This document shows, piece by piece, positions 21,849-34,334 of a stretch of 64,000 nt of DNA (its first letter is position 1; every line of letters begins with the position of its first letter). The DNA is from Chiloscyllium plagiosum (lineage: Eukaryota). Both the position numbers and the translations under genes were made by a program. The stretch spans positions 7,446,530 through 7,510,529 of the forward strand of contig NC_057750.1 in NCBI RefSeq assembly GCF_004010195.1, given 5' to 3'. The notes below the pieces were generated by a model, which saw only the letters and a program-made list of their open reading frames with translations, ran no database searches and had not been told where the DNA came from.

Positions 21849-22705
21849 GGGGGTTAGGACTGGTCTACCGTCCGGTGACCACCAAATCCCTTCTGACTAA
21901 GTGGCCCCTCTCTCTCTCCATACTGTCAGTTCATGAGGAGAGGCTTTTCTGCTGCTCTTTGATTAACACATTTGCATCGCAGGCGGGCAGCAGGTCATAC
22001 ACTGTTCTCTCTGTTTGCATCATTATATACTGTGGTGTATACCCTGCTGCTTTCTTTGCTGCTGAGTCGGCTTCCTGATTGCCCTTCGCTACTACTGTAT
22101 CTGCTTTATCATGTCCTCTACACTTGACCACCGCCACTTCTGCAGGTTTCATTAGGGCCTCTGCTAATCTTTTCACATCTTTTTCATGTTTATTTGGGGT
22201 TTTTGCTGCTGTTAAGAATCCTGCCCTGATCCATTGACTGAGTTCTACCTGTATAGCCCCTGCCACATATGCAGAGTCGGTGTAGATATTTACTCTTTTT
22301 CCCTCTGACCATTCTAACGCAGCTATCATTGCCTGTAGTTCAGCCAACTGAGCTGATTCTTTGCCTGTCACTTTTCCTGTCAACACTTCCTCAAATTCTT
22401 AACTTGTCCGTCACACCACTGCATAGGCTGCTTTAAGTCCTTCAGTTGGATGTCTGTAACAGCACCCATCTGTGGAACAGCACTTCTTCTGGGTCTACTA
22501 ATGGAATTGCCTGTAAATCTGTCCTAACTTTGACATCTCTCTGTATCTTTTCCTCACACATGTGTGGCTCTCCTCCCATATTGTCAGCCATATTAATTCC
22601 TTCGTGTGTAAAAGTTATATGTGGTGCATTCAGGATTTTCTCTAACCTGGTTTGCCGCAGTGACGTCATTGTAAAGGCTGTTGAGTTCACATAGGCCACT
22701 ATACT

Positions 22706-23031
22706 GGTGGGCGGCACGGTGGCACAGTGGCTAGCAAAGCTGCCTCACAGCGCCAGAGACCCGGGTTCAATTCCCGCCTCAGGCGACTGACTGTGTGGAG
22801 TTTGCACGTTCTCCCCGTGTCTGCGTGGGTTTCCTCCGGGTGCTCTGGTTTCCTCCCACAGTCCAAAAGATGTGCAGGGTCAGGTGAATTGGCCATACTA
22901 AAATTGCCCATAGTGTTAGGTAAGGGGTAAATGTAGGGGTAGGGGTATGGGTGGCTTTCGCTTCGGCTGGTCGGTGTGGACTTGTTGGGCCGAAGGGCCT
23001 GTTTCCACACTGTAATCTAATCTAATCTAAT
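22706..23031 (+). mobile_element. HE1 V-SINE inserted in ERV pol
   Basis: Full length with (TCTAA)n tail; TSD CTATACT at 22699-22705 and 23032-23038. Confidence 0.92.
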
Positions 23032-23270
23032 CTATACTATGTGTCGTCAGTACCATTAGTGAATGGCCCATGACTATATGTGCTATCTTTTGGAGAATGT
23101 TTGCTACCCTGCTGCATGTCTTGTACATGGCGGGTGTTTGTCCTCCACTGGGTCAAGGGTAACACTTACATACATCAGCACCTGCCTGCCTCCCCCTTTT
23201 TTCTGAAAAAGAACACCATTTATTGTGTGTAATTTTTCACTCCTTACTTAAGCTCCCCATCCCTGGAACT

Positions 23271-23572
23271 GGGTGGCACAGTGGTTAGCACTGCTGCCTC
23301 ACAACACCAGGGACCCAGGTTCGATTCCACCCTCGGGCGACTGGTCTATGTGGGGTTGGCACGTTCTCCCCGTGTCTGTGTGGGTTTCCTCCAGGTGCTC
23401 TGGTTTCCTCCCATAATCCAAAAATGTGCAAGTGAATTAGCCAAGCTAAATTGCCACATAGAGAGAGTCCAGGGGGTAAATGGGCAAATGCAGGGTTCAG
23501 GGGGTAGGGTGGGACGCTCTTCAGAGGGTCAGTATGGGCTGAATGGCCTGCTTCCACACTGTAGGGATTCCA
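23271..23572 (+). mobile_element. HE1 V-SINE
   Basis: Head, V-domain, tail. Confidence 0.85.
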
Positions 23573-24149
23573 TGACCAAAGGTTAGAATACTGTGGACGT
23601 TTTTATCTTCCAATTCCAAATGGTTTCTTTCAAGAAAAAGGACCAAGATGGCAGTGGATGTGAATCAAGATGGCTGCCTGGAGAGAGCTTGATCCTTGGG
23701 ATCTCATGCCTGCTGGTGGGAAGGGAAATGGGTGGGCAGGCAGTGGATGGGGGTAAGGTGAAGCAAGTCAAAACAGACTGGAACCAAGATGAGAGGCCGA
23801 TGACCCCCCCCCCCCCAGAATTTATGTCGCCAACTACACGCACATTTTGTGTTTTTCTCTCTCTCCGAAGAATACAACAACAGGGACTAAAATTTCAACT
23901 GTACTGGAGTGTGCTGGTGGGATTGAAAGCTCTCGTGTCTGCCAGCCTGGATTCAAACATTAACATGCTGTGAAAGTCACCAAAGATCGATTGCCTCGTC
24001 ACCCCTGTGTTGCAGGTATGGGACCTTTCTCACTCTCTAGACGTCAGCCATCCAGAAGAAAACAGGACAACAAAGGATTGGAATTCAATCACAGATCAGA
24101 ACTAAAGAATCCCAAACAATCTTCAAGACTGAGGATTGTGAAATCAATT

Positions 24150-24516
24150 GTTCGAGGTTTACAAAATTATGAGGGGGATGGATAGGATAAATAGACAAAG
24201 GCTTTTCCCTGGGATCGGGGAGTCCAGAACTAGAGGGCATAGGTTTAGGGTGAGAGGGGAAAGATATAAAAGAGATCTAAGGGCAACTTTTTCACGCAGA
24301 GGGTGGTACGTGTATGGAATGAGCTGCCAGAGGATGTGGTGAAGGTTGGTACAATTGCAACATTTAAGAGGCATTAGGATGGGTATATGAATAGGAAGGG
24401 TTTGGAGGGATATGGGCCGGGTGCTGTCAGGTGGGACTAGATTGGGTTGGGATATCTGGCCGGCATGGACGGGTTGGACCGAAGGGTCTGTTTCTATGCT
24501 GTACATCTCTATGACT
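24150..24516 (+). mobile_element. HER1/CR1 LINE 3' end
   Basis: 'EVYKIMRGMDR...TRGHRFRVRGERYKRDLR' and tail GTACATCTCTATGACT. Confidence 0.85.
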
Positions 24517-24865
24517 GCGTAGTTAAGATTACCTCGAACCTCCAGTGCAGTAGCAGTAGCATTCAACTTATCCATCCTTTGTGACCAATTGAAAGACTGT
24601 CTGTCTTCGAACATTTTGTATCCTTTTAGACTTGTGTTTAACAATGTGAACACCACTCTGTGCTAACTCACAAAAGCCTGATTAAATCGGCCCCTTTTTA
24701 AACATGGGTACACCTGGGCCAGAGAGAAAAGTATCCACTCGGGAATGAATTTTTTGTTGACCTTGTTGTGAACAACCAAGGAATAATTGACTTAAGATGA
24801 GAACCTAGTTCATCCCTCCTCTCCTGGGGACTTAATGATTTGGGGTATCCTGTGTGGATCCACAG

Positions 24866-25180
24866 GGGCGGCACGGTGGCTCAGTGGTTAGCACTGCTGC
24901 CTTGCAGCGCCAGGAACCTTGGTCCGATTCCAGCCTCGGGCGACTGTCTGTGTGGAGTTTGCACGTTTTCCCCGTGTCTGCGTGGGCTTCCTCCGGGTGC
25001 TCCGGTTTCCTCCCACAGTCCGAAGATGTGCTGGTCAGGTGAATTGGCCGTGCTAAATTGCCCCATAGTGTTGGATGCAGTCATCAGAGGGAAATGGGTC
25101 TGGGTGGGTTATTCTCCAGAGGGTCGGTGTAGACTTGTTGGGCCGAAGGGCCTGTTTCCGCATTGCAGGGGAATCTAATA
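24866..25180 (+). mobile_element. HE1 V-SINE
   Basis: Head, V-domain, tail. Confidence 0.88.
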
Positions 25181-25960
25181 TCTAACAAATTGGGGACTTC
25201 ACCTGTGTAGAACTGAACACAATCTTCCCATCAGTGTTTAATAGAGTCCTGAATAAATTCAGCATGCCCTCCTTGCTCTCATAATATGTGCCTCTCTTCA
25301 TGAAGACCAGAATGTTGTGTGTAGCAGAACCTCCAGCGCCAGATGGCGACGGTGAGGGAGGACACCAGACAGGGGAAGCTCAAGCAGTTGCGCCAGGATT
25401 GGCACCAGCAGGTGGCGACTGCGGTGGGGGGGGGGGTGGAGAAAGTGGGCAGCTGGAATAGATAAAAAGATTAACTTTGGAGGAAGGAGGGCCATTGGGA
25501 GGAGGAATCATCAACTCAATGTAAGCCCCAGGCTTCATTCCATGTAAATATTTCCTGTTTAATAAGAAATAGGAACAGGAGTAGGCCATTCAGCCCTTTG
25601 AGTCGTTGCTGCCATTCAGTAGGGTCATGGCTGATCTGACATTCCTCACGTCCACTTTCCTGCTCTTTCTCCATAACCCTTGATTCCCCGACTGATCAAC
25701 AATCGATCTCAGGCTTAAATATACACTAGGATTCTGCATCGCTCTCACCCCACAGCAATCCTACATGGTGCAACAGAATTTTGATTTGTATTGTCACGTG
25801 TATTTTACGTGAAAGGCTTTCATTTGGCGCCATGAAACGGTGCCATTTGGAGTAGGTTGAGAAAAGGAAGATGGACTTCTTGAAGAGAGTCCATCGGTCC
25901 TGAGGCAGCTCATCACCATCAAGGACCTCGGTGACACTAATACTGTGTCCATCTTTGTCT

Positions 25961-26115
25961 GAGCCCTGGGTCCACTCGGGGTCCAGGCCCCATGTCCATT
26001 CAGAGTCTGAGCCCTGGGACCACTCGGGGTCCGAGCCCTATGTCCACTCGGGGTCCGAGACTTGGGTCCACTCGGGGTGTCAGCCCTGGATCCACTCAGG
26101 GTCCGAGCTCTGGAC
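25961..26115. repeat. 24-bp minisatellite, ~6.5 copies
   Basis: Consensus GAGCCCTGGGTCCACTCGGGGTCC. Confidence 0.9.
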
Positions 26116-26859
26116 TCTCACCGCTGCCAACAGTATCCAAGCGTGGGAGAAGGTAAGTAAAAATAGGAAAAGAGATGGAATAAAACCTAACAGCAGTCGG
26201 AGCAGATGAGCTCCAGCGGAGGAGTCCTACTCCATCGCCACCTTGGACTGGAAGCCCAAAATCTCCCCTCATCGTCTTAAACTTCAGTGAGAACAGTTCC
26301 ACACTGTAGAGCCTTTGCTCACGAGACAACCCCTCCATAGCGGGGCCCCACATTTATAATGATAATCCTTTTGCACAGATAGACAGTCTGTTTTGGTGAT
26401 AAATACTGGCACTCGCCTGTTCTTCCTCAAAATAATGCCACGAAAGACTTTCATGTCCACCCAAGAGAGCGGATAACCTCAGAGTCATATCTCATCTGAA
26501 AGATGGCACTCACGTTAGGTTTGCTAACTCCTCAGAATTCATAGAATCCCTATATTGTGGGAAAAGGCCATTTGGCCCATTGAGTCTGCACCAACCCCAC
26601 ATTCTCCATGGATAACCCAACTAACCTGCACACTATGTGCAATTTAGCATGGCCAATCCACCTAACCTACACATCTTTGGACTGTGGGAGGAAACAGTTC
26701 TGCTGACACAGGGAGAACTCCACACAGACAGTCCCTGGCACTGGGAGGCAGCAGTGCTAACCACTGTGCTGCCCAATTGACCTAAAGTTTCCAGGAGTTG
26801 AAGATCAATCTCCAGACCACAGCCAGCGTGTATCCTTGGTGTAACAGGGATTTTAATAG

Positions 26860-27531
26860 TGTTGTGGAGAAAATATAGAGAACCACCAGGAGATGCAGAG
26901 AGTTCTTCAAGAAGTAGGTCTTTTATTTGCAAACAAAAAACCGTGACACTGAGAAAGCAGATTCTCGAATGCACCTGAACCTCAGGGTCCATGGATTTTT
27001 ATATTTTTTTTATCATGGTTCTGTTAGCTTATCAGCATGTCCAACTATATTAATCTAAGTACCTCACTCTAGCTACACAATAAACCAGTGATGTAAGTTC
27101 CCATTATCTCTTTAGTTGTACATTCTACTTAATGTTATTCTAATTTCATGGTTAGATGTTTATTGCTAACTCTGCTACAGTGATCTTTCCATTCCTGACT
27201 AACCTGTCATGATAGATATTTAGCTATTCCATCTGTTACAACAGTCTCCTATCTCAAGTTGATTCTATTAAGTATTAATTAGATATTTTAATGTCATGTC
27301 CCAAATATTTATTATCCCAATCCTGTCATAATAACACTTAACAGAGAAACTTGCTTTATTACTTGCGTTATCTCATCTCGCCAAAGTGACCTTTCAGCCT
27401 TAACTTTACTCTGCTAATTGGTGTAAGAATGTTCCACTATGGTTATCCCATCCTGCCTTCCACAGACCACAGATTGCTAGTGGTCTTTATGCTTTAACCC
27501 TTCCTATGCTTTCATGTTATTTTCCATAATA
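26860..27531 (-). mobile_element. Probable solo LTR (ERV-like)
   Basis: Imperfect terminal inverted repeats TGTTGTGGAGAAAATA / TATTTTCCATAATA; minus-strand TATA-like ATATAAAA (~26997-27004) followed by AATAAA (~26922-26927); no clean TSD. Confidence 0.5.
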
Positions 27532-28904
27532 GATAAACAATGTTTTTCTCTTTTATATTGCAAAAGCAATTGGAAAAGGGGAGAGAAGAAGACAGTTTGG
27601 ACTTAAGTATCAAGCACTGTCCAATAGCAGAATGAGCCTTGTTGCTTTCCAATTGGTGTAGAAAGTGGGTGTGTCACAAGGATGGACATGTTATCTGACC
27701 AATGGCTGGATTGCACGGATCAAGGCCGGAGGAAACCTCCAAAAATACATTTAAAAGCTGACAACCCTACCTCTAATAGTGCAGCTCTGCTTCTGTACCA
27801 CACTGGAGGATGAGTAGATTGTGTTGCTGGAGTATGACTTGAATCCATAAGTTTTTGAAGTATTCATCTTATCGGTTAAGACACATCTGAAATGTTCAAG
27901 GATTTTACAGTGAAATAAGAACTTTTTTTTAAGAAAGAAATCTATTGGCTGTGAACATTGAGTAGGCAAAAGTGAGGACTGCAGATGCTGGAGATCAGAG
28001 TCTAGATCAGAATGATGCTGGAAAAGCACCGCCGGTCAGGCAGCTTCCGAGGAGCAGGAAAATCGATGTTTTGGGCTAAGGGCTTCTGGATGAAGGGCTG
28101 ACCTGCTGTGCTTTTCCAACACCACTCTAATCTAGACTGTGAACATGGAGTGCTTTGGGATCTTCTGAGGTCATGAAAGGTGCTATATAAATGCACCCCT
28201 TCACTTTTTGTTATACTGGAATTGTAATTTCAGCAGTTTATATATGAATTTCCACTATAAATGTGGAAATGAAACGTTAAAGTTGAAATGTGAAGGTGAT
28301 AGATTTGTGATGTGGACTGAATAGTCCACAACTGAATCCAGCCGGTGTCAATAACAACAATAACTTGCATTCGTGTAGTGCCCTTCAACATAATATAATG
28401 TTCCCAAGTCACTTCACAGGAACATTATAAAATTGATTATGGCAGGATATGAGGAAATATTCTCATTTGACTATTAATTCAAAGACTTTGATAATGTTCT
28501 CCAGCCTGGGTTCTAATCTGCCATGGCAGATGGTGAAATTTTAATTTATTTATTTTTTAATCTGGATTTAAGAGTCTAATGATGACCATGAAACTATTGT
28601 TGATTGTTGGACAAATCCATCTGGTTCATTAATCTCCTTCTGGTTAATTAGTGATGGGAAATAAATACTGGCCTGGCATTTGATAACAACATCCCATAAA
28701 TAAATAAAACCAAAACTAACGTGCGCACCAATCTGATAGCATTGAACAAATTTGCAACCTCCACCAACCCAAAGCCAGCAGACACATGGGAACACCAGCT
28801 CTTGCAAGTTCCCCTCCAATTCATCCACCATCTGACTTGGAAATATGTTGGTGTTCCTCTACTGTTGCTGGGTCAAAATCCTGAAATACCCTTTCTGAAT
28901 AAAC

Positions 28905-29235
28905 GTCATAGAATCCCTACAGTGTGAAAGCAGACCATTTGGCCCATCAGGTCCACAACAACCCTGCAAACAGCATCCTGCCCAGACCCACCCAGTCCTG
29001 TATCTCCCATGGCTAACCCACCTAGCCTGCACATCCCTGGACACTACGGGCAATTTAGCATGGCCAATTCACCCTAACCTGCAAATTCCTGGACACTGGG
29101 AGGAAACCAGAGCACCTGGAGGAAAGCCACACGGACACGGAGAAAGTGCAAACTCCACACAGACAGTCACCCGAGTGTGGAATTGGACCCAGGTCCCTGG
29201 CACTCTGAGGCAGCAGTGCTAACCACTGAACCACC
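28905..29235 (-). mobile_element. HE1 V-SINE
   Basis: Reverse-complement head and V-domain. Confidence 0.8.
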
Positions 29236-29529
29236 CCTCTTCCAGAGGAAGTGGTGAATGTAGGTACAGTTGCAACATTTAAAGGACATTTGGATAAATT
29301 CGTGAATAGGAAAGGTTTGGAGGGATATGGGCCAAGACCAGGCAGGTGGGACTAGTTTGGTTTGGGATTATGGGTCAGCATGGGCTGGTTGGACCAAAGG
29401 GTCTGTTTCCCCTGTTGTCTGACTATAAGGGCATTGTGGGTGTCATTACTCCACATGGGCTGCAGGGGGCAGCAGGAAGGCTGCTCACCACCACCTTCTC
29501 AAGGGACAAGACACAAAGTCACAGCAATG

Positions 29530-30245
29530 GTCAGCACAGAAACAGACCCTTTGGTCCAACCCGTCCATGCCGACCAGATATCCTAACCTAATCTCGTCCC
29601 ATTTGCCAGCATTTGGCCCATATCCCTCCAAACCCTTCCTATTCATATACCCATTGAGATGCATTTTAAATGCTGTAATTGTACCAGCCTCCACCACTTC
29701 CTCTGGCAGCTCATTCCGTACACGTACCACCCTCTGTGTGAAAAAGTCGCCTCTTAAGTCCCTTTTAAATTTTTCCCCTCTCACCCTAAACCCTCTAGTT
29801 TTGAATTCCCCCACCCCAGGGAAAAGACCTTGTCTATTTACCCTATCCATTCCCCTCATGAGTTTGTAAACCTCTATAAGGGCGGCACAGTGGCACAGTG
29901 GTTAGCACTGCTGCCTCACAGCACTAGGGACCCAGGTTCGATTCCAGCTTCGGGCGACTGTCTGTGGAGTTTGCACGTTCTCCTCATGTCTGTGTGGGTT
30001 TCCTCCCACAGTCCAAAGATGTGTAGGTTAGGTGAATTGGCCAGGCTAAATTAGTCAGAAGGAAATGGGTTTGGGTGGGTTACTCTTCAGAGGGTTGGTG
30101 TGGACTGGTTGGGCCAAAGGGCCTGTTTCCACACTGTAGGGAATCTAATAAGGTCGCCCCTCAGCCTCCAGGGAAAACAGCCTCAGCCTCTCCCTGTAGC
30201 TCAAACCCTCCCATCCCAGCAACATCTTTGTAAATCTTTTGAGAA
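29530..30245 (-). mobile_element. HER1/CR1 3' fragment with nested HE1 SINE (29880-30148, +)
   Basis: CR1 motifs resume after the SINE; TATAAGG/AATAAGG flanks. Confidence 0.8.
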
Positions 30246-30539
30246 CCCAATAAACAAACAGAATTTTTTAAAAGGTGAGCCAATTCATGACCTTCCTTTA
30301 AATTTCTGCTAAACATCATATGACGGAGAGTGTACAAATCCTTTTCCCTTCAGTGGGGAGTGGAAACTCTATTTTCATTCAAACCTTATTAGTTTAATCA
30401 GCAGAGGTTGAATGAACTGCTTAGTTTATTAGGAAGAGTTTATGTTGACCTCACCAGTGTTGCCCAAATCCCTGGGGAGAAATAAAAAATGAATGCACGA
30501 ACCATGGAAACACAGCAATGAAGTATATGTCAGGTAAAG

Positions 30540-31020
30540 ACAGGATGGATCGAGTGAATCCTTAGAAGAGTTTAAAGGCATTAGGAGTATACTCAAGGGA
30601 AATCAGGAGGGCAAAAAGGGGACATGAGATAGCTTTGGCAAATAGAGTAAAGGAGAATCCAAAGGGTTTTTACAAATACATTAAGGACCAAAAGGTAACT
30701 AGGGAGCAAATAGGGCCCCTCAAAGATCAGCAAGGTGCCCTTTGTGTGGAGCCGCAGGAGATGGGGGAGATACTAAATGAGTATTTTGCATCAGTGGAAA
30801 AGGACGTGGACGATAAAGAATGGAGGGAAATAGATGGTGACATCTTGAAAAATGTCCATATTACAGAGGAGGAAGTGCTGGATGTCTCGAAACGCATAAA
30901 GGTGGATAAATCCATGGGCCGGTTGCTGGCAGGTGGGACTAGATCAGGTTGGGATATCTGTTCGGCATGGATGGGTTAGATCGAAGGGTCTGTTTCCATG
31001 CTGTACATCTCTATGACTCT
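30540..31020 (+). mobile_element. HER1/CR1 ORF2 linker fragment fused to 3' tail
   Basis: 'KENPKGFYKYIK...IGPLKD...EILNEYFASV...IKVDKS' is the typical CR1 EN-RT linker. Confidence 0.85.
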
Positions 31021-31994
31021 CTTTCTCTGTTTTTTCGACGTGTGCACCCAGCAGATTCTGCATTAATCCGACTTTGCCACTTCCCCACTTGCTCATTATC
31101 TCTGAGAAATGAACATGATGTTTCATCTTGGGAAAAAAATACGTCACCATTACCTAAAGTCTTGCTGACATCTGAAGCCTTTCTTGCCAAGTAAGTACAC
31201 AGAGAGAAAAAGACACTTTAAAATGTAATGTTGCACATAGCTTTGAAAATATTAAGTTAAATTTTATGCAAGGTCTGTGTCTGTGCTGTTACATTATATT
31301 CTGATTTGGTACTGCCGATACTAGCACAGAGTACAGTCACAGCTCTCTCCTCCTACAGGCAAATACTCAAAGCCTGCTCTCCCAGGGTCAGAAAAATCCC
31401 CAAGTTCCAAACAAAAATGTCATTTTGCATGAAATAAAAGCAAACTACTGCAGATTCTGGAAAGCTGAAAAAAATAACACACATAGAAAGTGCTGGGGAG
31501 ATTCAGCAGGCAAGGCAACGTCAGAAACCGAGTTGACGTTTCATAGAAAATTGAAGGAGTAGGCCATTCAGCCCATCGAACCTGCTCTGCCATTCAATAG
31601 GCTGAGGGGTGAGGTTTGTAAAATCCTGGACAGGGTGAACAGCCAAAATCCTTTCCCCAGGGTAGGGGAGTCCAAAACTAGAGGGCATAGGTTTAGGGTG
31701 AGAGGGGCAAGATTTAAAAGGGACCTAAGGGGCAACTTTTTCACACAGAGGGTGGCGGTGTATGGAATGAGCCCCTAGAGGAAGCTGGTACAATTACAGT
31801 GCTTAAAAGGCATCTGGATGGGTATATGAATAGGAAGGGTTTAAAGGAATATGGGCCAAATGCTGGCAAATGGGACTAGATTAATGTAGGATATCTGGTT
31901 GACACTTCTGTTTCCATACTATACACTTCTATAATTACACAGTGGCTTAGTGGTTAACACCGCTGCCTCACAGCGTCAGGAACCCAGGATGTGA

Positions 31995-32778
31995 GTAGCC
32001 ATCTTGTTTCCCCAATGTAGAGGAGACCGCATCGAAAGCAACGGGTACAGTAAATGTGTGGAAGTGCAGGTGAAACTCCTTTGGGACCTTGGATGGAGGT
32101 GATGGGGGAGGTGTGGGAGCAGGTTTTGCAATTCATCAACTTCACCTCCACATTCTACCTCAACCTTAAATTCACCTGCACCATCTCAGAAACACTTCAG
32201 AGAACATCTCCAGGACACCCGCACCAACCAACCCCACCGCCCCGTGACCGAACACTTCAGTCCCCCTTCCCACTCCGCTGAGGACCTGGGCCTCCTCCAT
32301 CGCCACTCCCTCACCACTCGATGCTTGGAAGAACGCCTCATCTTCTGCCTCAGGACCCTCCAACCCCATGACATCAATGTGGATTGCACCAGCTTCCTCA
32401 TTTCCCCTCCCCTCCACCTTTTCCTAGTTCCAACCTTTCAACTCAGCACCGCCCTCTTGACCTGTCCTACCTATCCATCTTCCTTCCCACCTATCCACTC
32501 CACCCTCTGCTCTGACCTATCACCATTACCCTGACCTCTATCCACCTATTGCACTCTCAGCTAACTTCCCCCTAGACTCAGCCCCCTCCTATTTATCTCT
32601 CCACCCCCAAGGCTCCCAGCCTCATTCCTGATGAAGGGCTTTTGCCCAAAATGTCGACTGTCCTGCTTTTGCCCAAAATGTCGACTGTCCTGCTCCTCCA
32701 AAGCTGCCTGACCTGCTGTGCTTTCCCAGCACCACACTCTTGACTCTAATCTCCAGCATCTGCAGTGCTCACATTTGC
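31995..32778. mobile_element. Penelope-like family 1 fragment with inverted segment
   Basis: GIY-YIG 'CTRCFRCGLLYIGET' (minus) and 'RCLEERLIFCLRTLQP..INVD' (plus); hammerhead-like CTGATGAAGGGCTTTTGCCCAAAA ~32628-32651. Confidence 0.75.
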
Positions 32779-32969
32779 CTACAACTCCCAGAAGCCAGTG
32801 GGGAACTGCCTACAATTCCTTGATGTCACTGGGAGGTGGACTACAACTCCCAGAAACCATTGGGAAGGGACTACAGTTCCCAGAAGCCATTGCAAGGGAG
32901 ATCTTGCACCCATCATTGAACCAGGAAGTGGGCCTGAATGGAAGAGGACAAAAGCACAGGAAGACAGGT
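32779..32969 (+). promoter_or_regulatory. Array of four ZNF143/THAP11 (SBS)-like motifs, ETS site and splice donor; candidate fbxo46 promoter/exon 1
   Basis: CTACAACTCCCAGAAGCC 32779, CTACAATTCC 32810, ACTACAACTCCCAGAAACC 32840, ACTACAGTTCCCAGAAGCC 32870; CAGGAAGTG 32922; CAG|GTAAAC at 32968. Confidence 0.5.
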
Positions 32970-33684
32970 AAACAGCTCACCTGTTGTACCTAGGCAGTGG
33001 GATATGAGAGACTGTTACAAAACTGGGCCTTCTCTCAAAGGAACGTGAAGGAAATATCACGGCAGGAGGATTAAATTATAACTAAGGGGAAATTTGATAT
33101 TGTCAAATCAGTGTTATATGTCCATGGTGACATCCACAATTGGATTTGCTGCTAACTAGCCCAAGATTTGATGGACACCTGAATTGGGGAAGCACTTTTT
33201 TAAAATTCTGTTCAAAAAAAAACTGCGGATGCTAGAGATCTGAAACAAATAGAAAAAAAAAGCCAGAAATTGTTGGAGAAGCTCAGCAGGTCTGTCAGAG
33301 AGAGGAATAGAGTTAACGTTTCAAGTTCAGTGACACTTTGTTAGAGCATAGTTCTCATTTAGTCTTTACAGCATCTGCAGTTCTTTTGCTTTTTATTCTG
33401 AATTAGCAGCATCAGACTCAAAACCCAACTCTGGTTACTCTGTCCACGGATGCTGCCAGAACTGCTGAGTTTCTCATGCCATTTCTGGTTATTTTTGTTG
33501 TTTTAAACTTTCTGCATCCTGACGAACACATCCTGATAGCCTTGCCAGTGAACTAAGCTCGCTTGAAGTTCCACTTTATCTTTTATTAATTCACCGGAAT
33601 GTGGATGTCTCCAGCTAGGCCAGTATTTATTGCCCATCCCTAATTGCCCACAGGGCAATTTGAAGCCAACCACATTATCATATC

Positions 33685-34005
33685 ATGGAATCCTTACAGT
33701 GTGGAAACAGACCATTTGGCCCAACAAGTCCACACCGACCCTCTGAAGAGTACCCCACCCAGACCTATTTCCCTACATTTCCCATGACTAATGCACCTTA
33801 CCTACACATCCCTGAACACTATGGGGTAATTTAGCATGGCCAATCCACCCTAACCTGCACATCTTTGGAATGTAGGAGGAAGTCGGAGTGCACCCACGCA
33901 GACACGGGGAGAATGTGCAAACTCCACACAAACAATTGCCCCAGGGTGGAATCGAACCCGGCTCCCTGGCACTGCGAGGCAACAGTGCTAGCTACTGAGC
34001 CACCC
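33685..34005 (-). mobile_element. HE1 V-SINE
   Basis: Reverse-complement head, V-domain, tail. Confidence 0.85.
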
Positions 34006-34334
34006 TTTATTAATTTGGAGTCACCAGTAAGGACGAAGGGCTTTTCACTACAATTGGCATTGGTTACATGGTCAACATTAGGCTAGCTTTTCTTTTGCTA
34101 ATTCCAGATTTTTGTTGAATTCAAAATTCACCGTCTGCTCCATACAGCATGGAAACAGGCCCTTCGGTCCATTTCATCTCTGCTGACCAGGTATCCTTGA
34201 GATTCTAACCCATGTCCCTAGAACATTAATGAGGGTTTCTGGATTACTAGGCCTGAGGCATTAACATAACGTCACCGCCTCCCCAAAAATTGTGAGAGAG
34301 TCCTGAACTAGGGGACACCATTGTGTAAAAACAT

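Larger units (their letters stand above)
20305..23240 (-). pseudogene. Endogenous retrovirus pol remnant (tether, RNase H, integrase), frameshifted, 5' truncated
   Basis: Tether 'VLFQKKGGGRQVLMYVSVTLDPVE...GHSLMVLTTHSIV'; RNase H 'SAQLAEL...NIYTDSAY...KCRGH...GNQEADSAAK'; integrase HHCC (GHGLTH..CRTC), IDYTDM, SDNGTHF, YHPQSQGKVERMN, WTGPY. Tether plus second RNase H is the retroviral rather than Gypsy layout. Confidence 0.85.

Noticed and set aside
20305-23240. Gypsy retrotransposon or domesticated integrase gene (NYNRIN/GIN-like)
   Set aside because: Tether plus retroviral-type RNase H argues for ERV; frameshifts and insertions argue against a functional host gene
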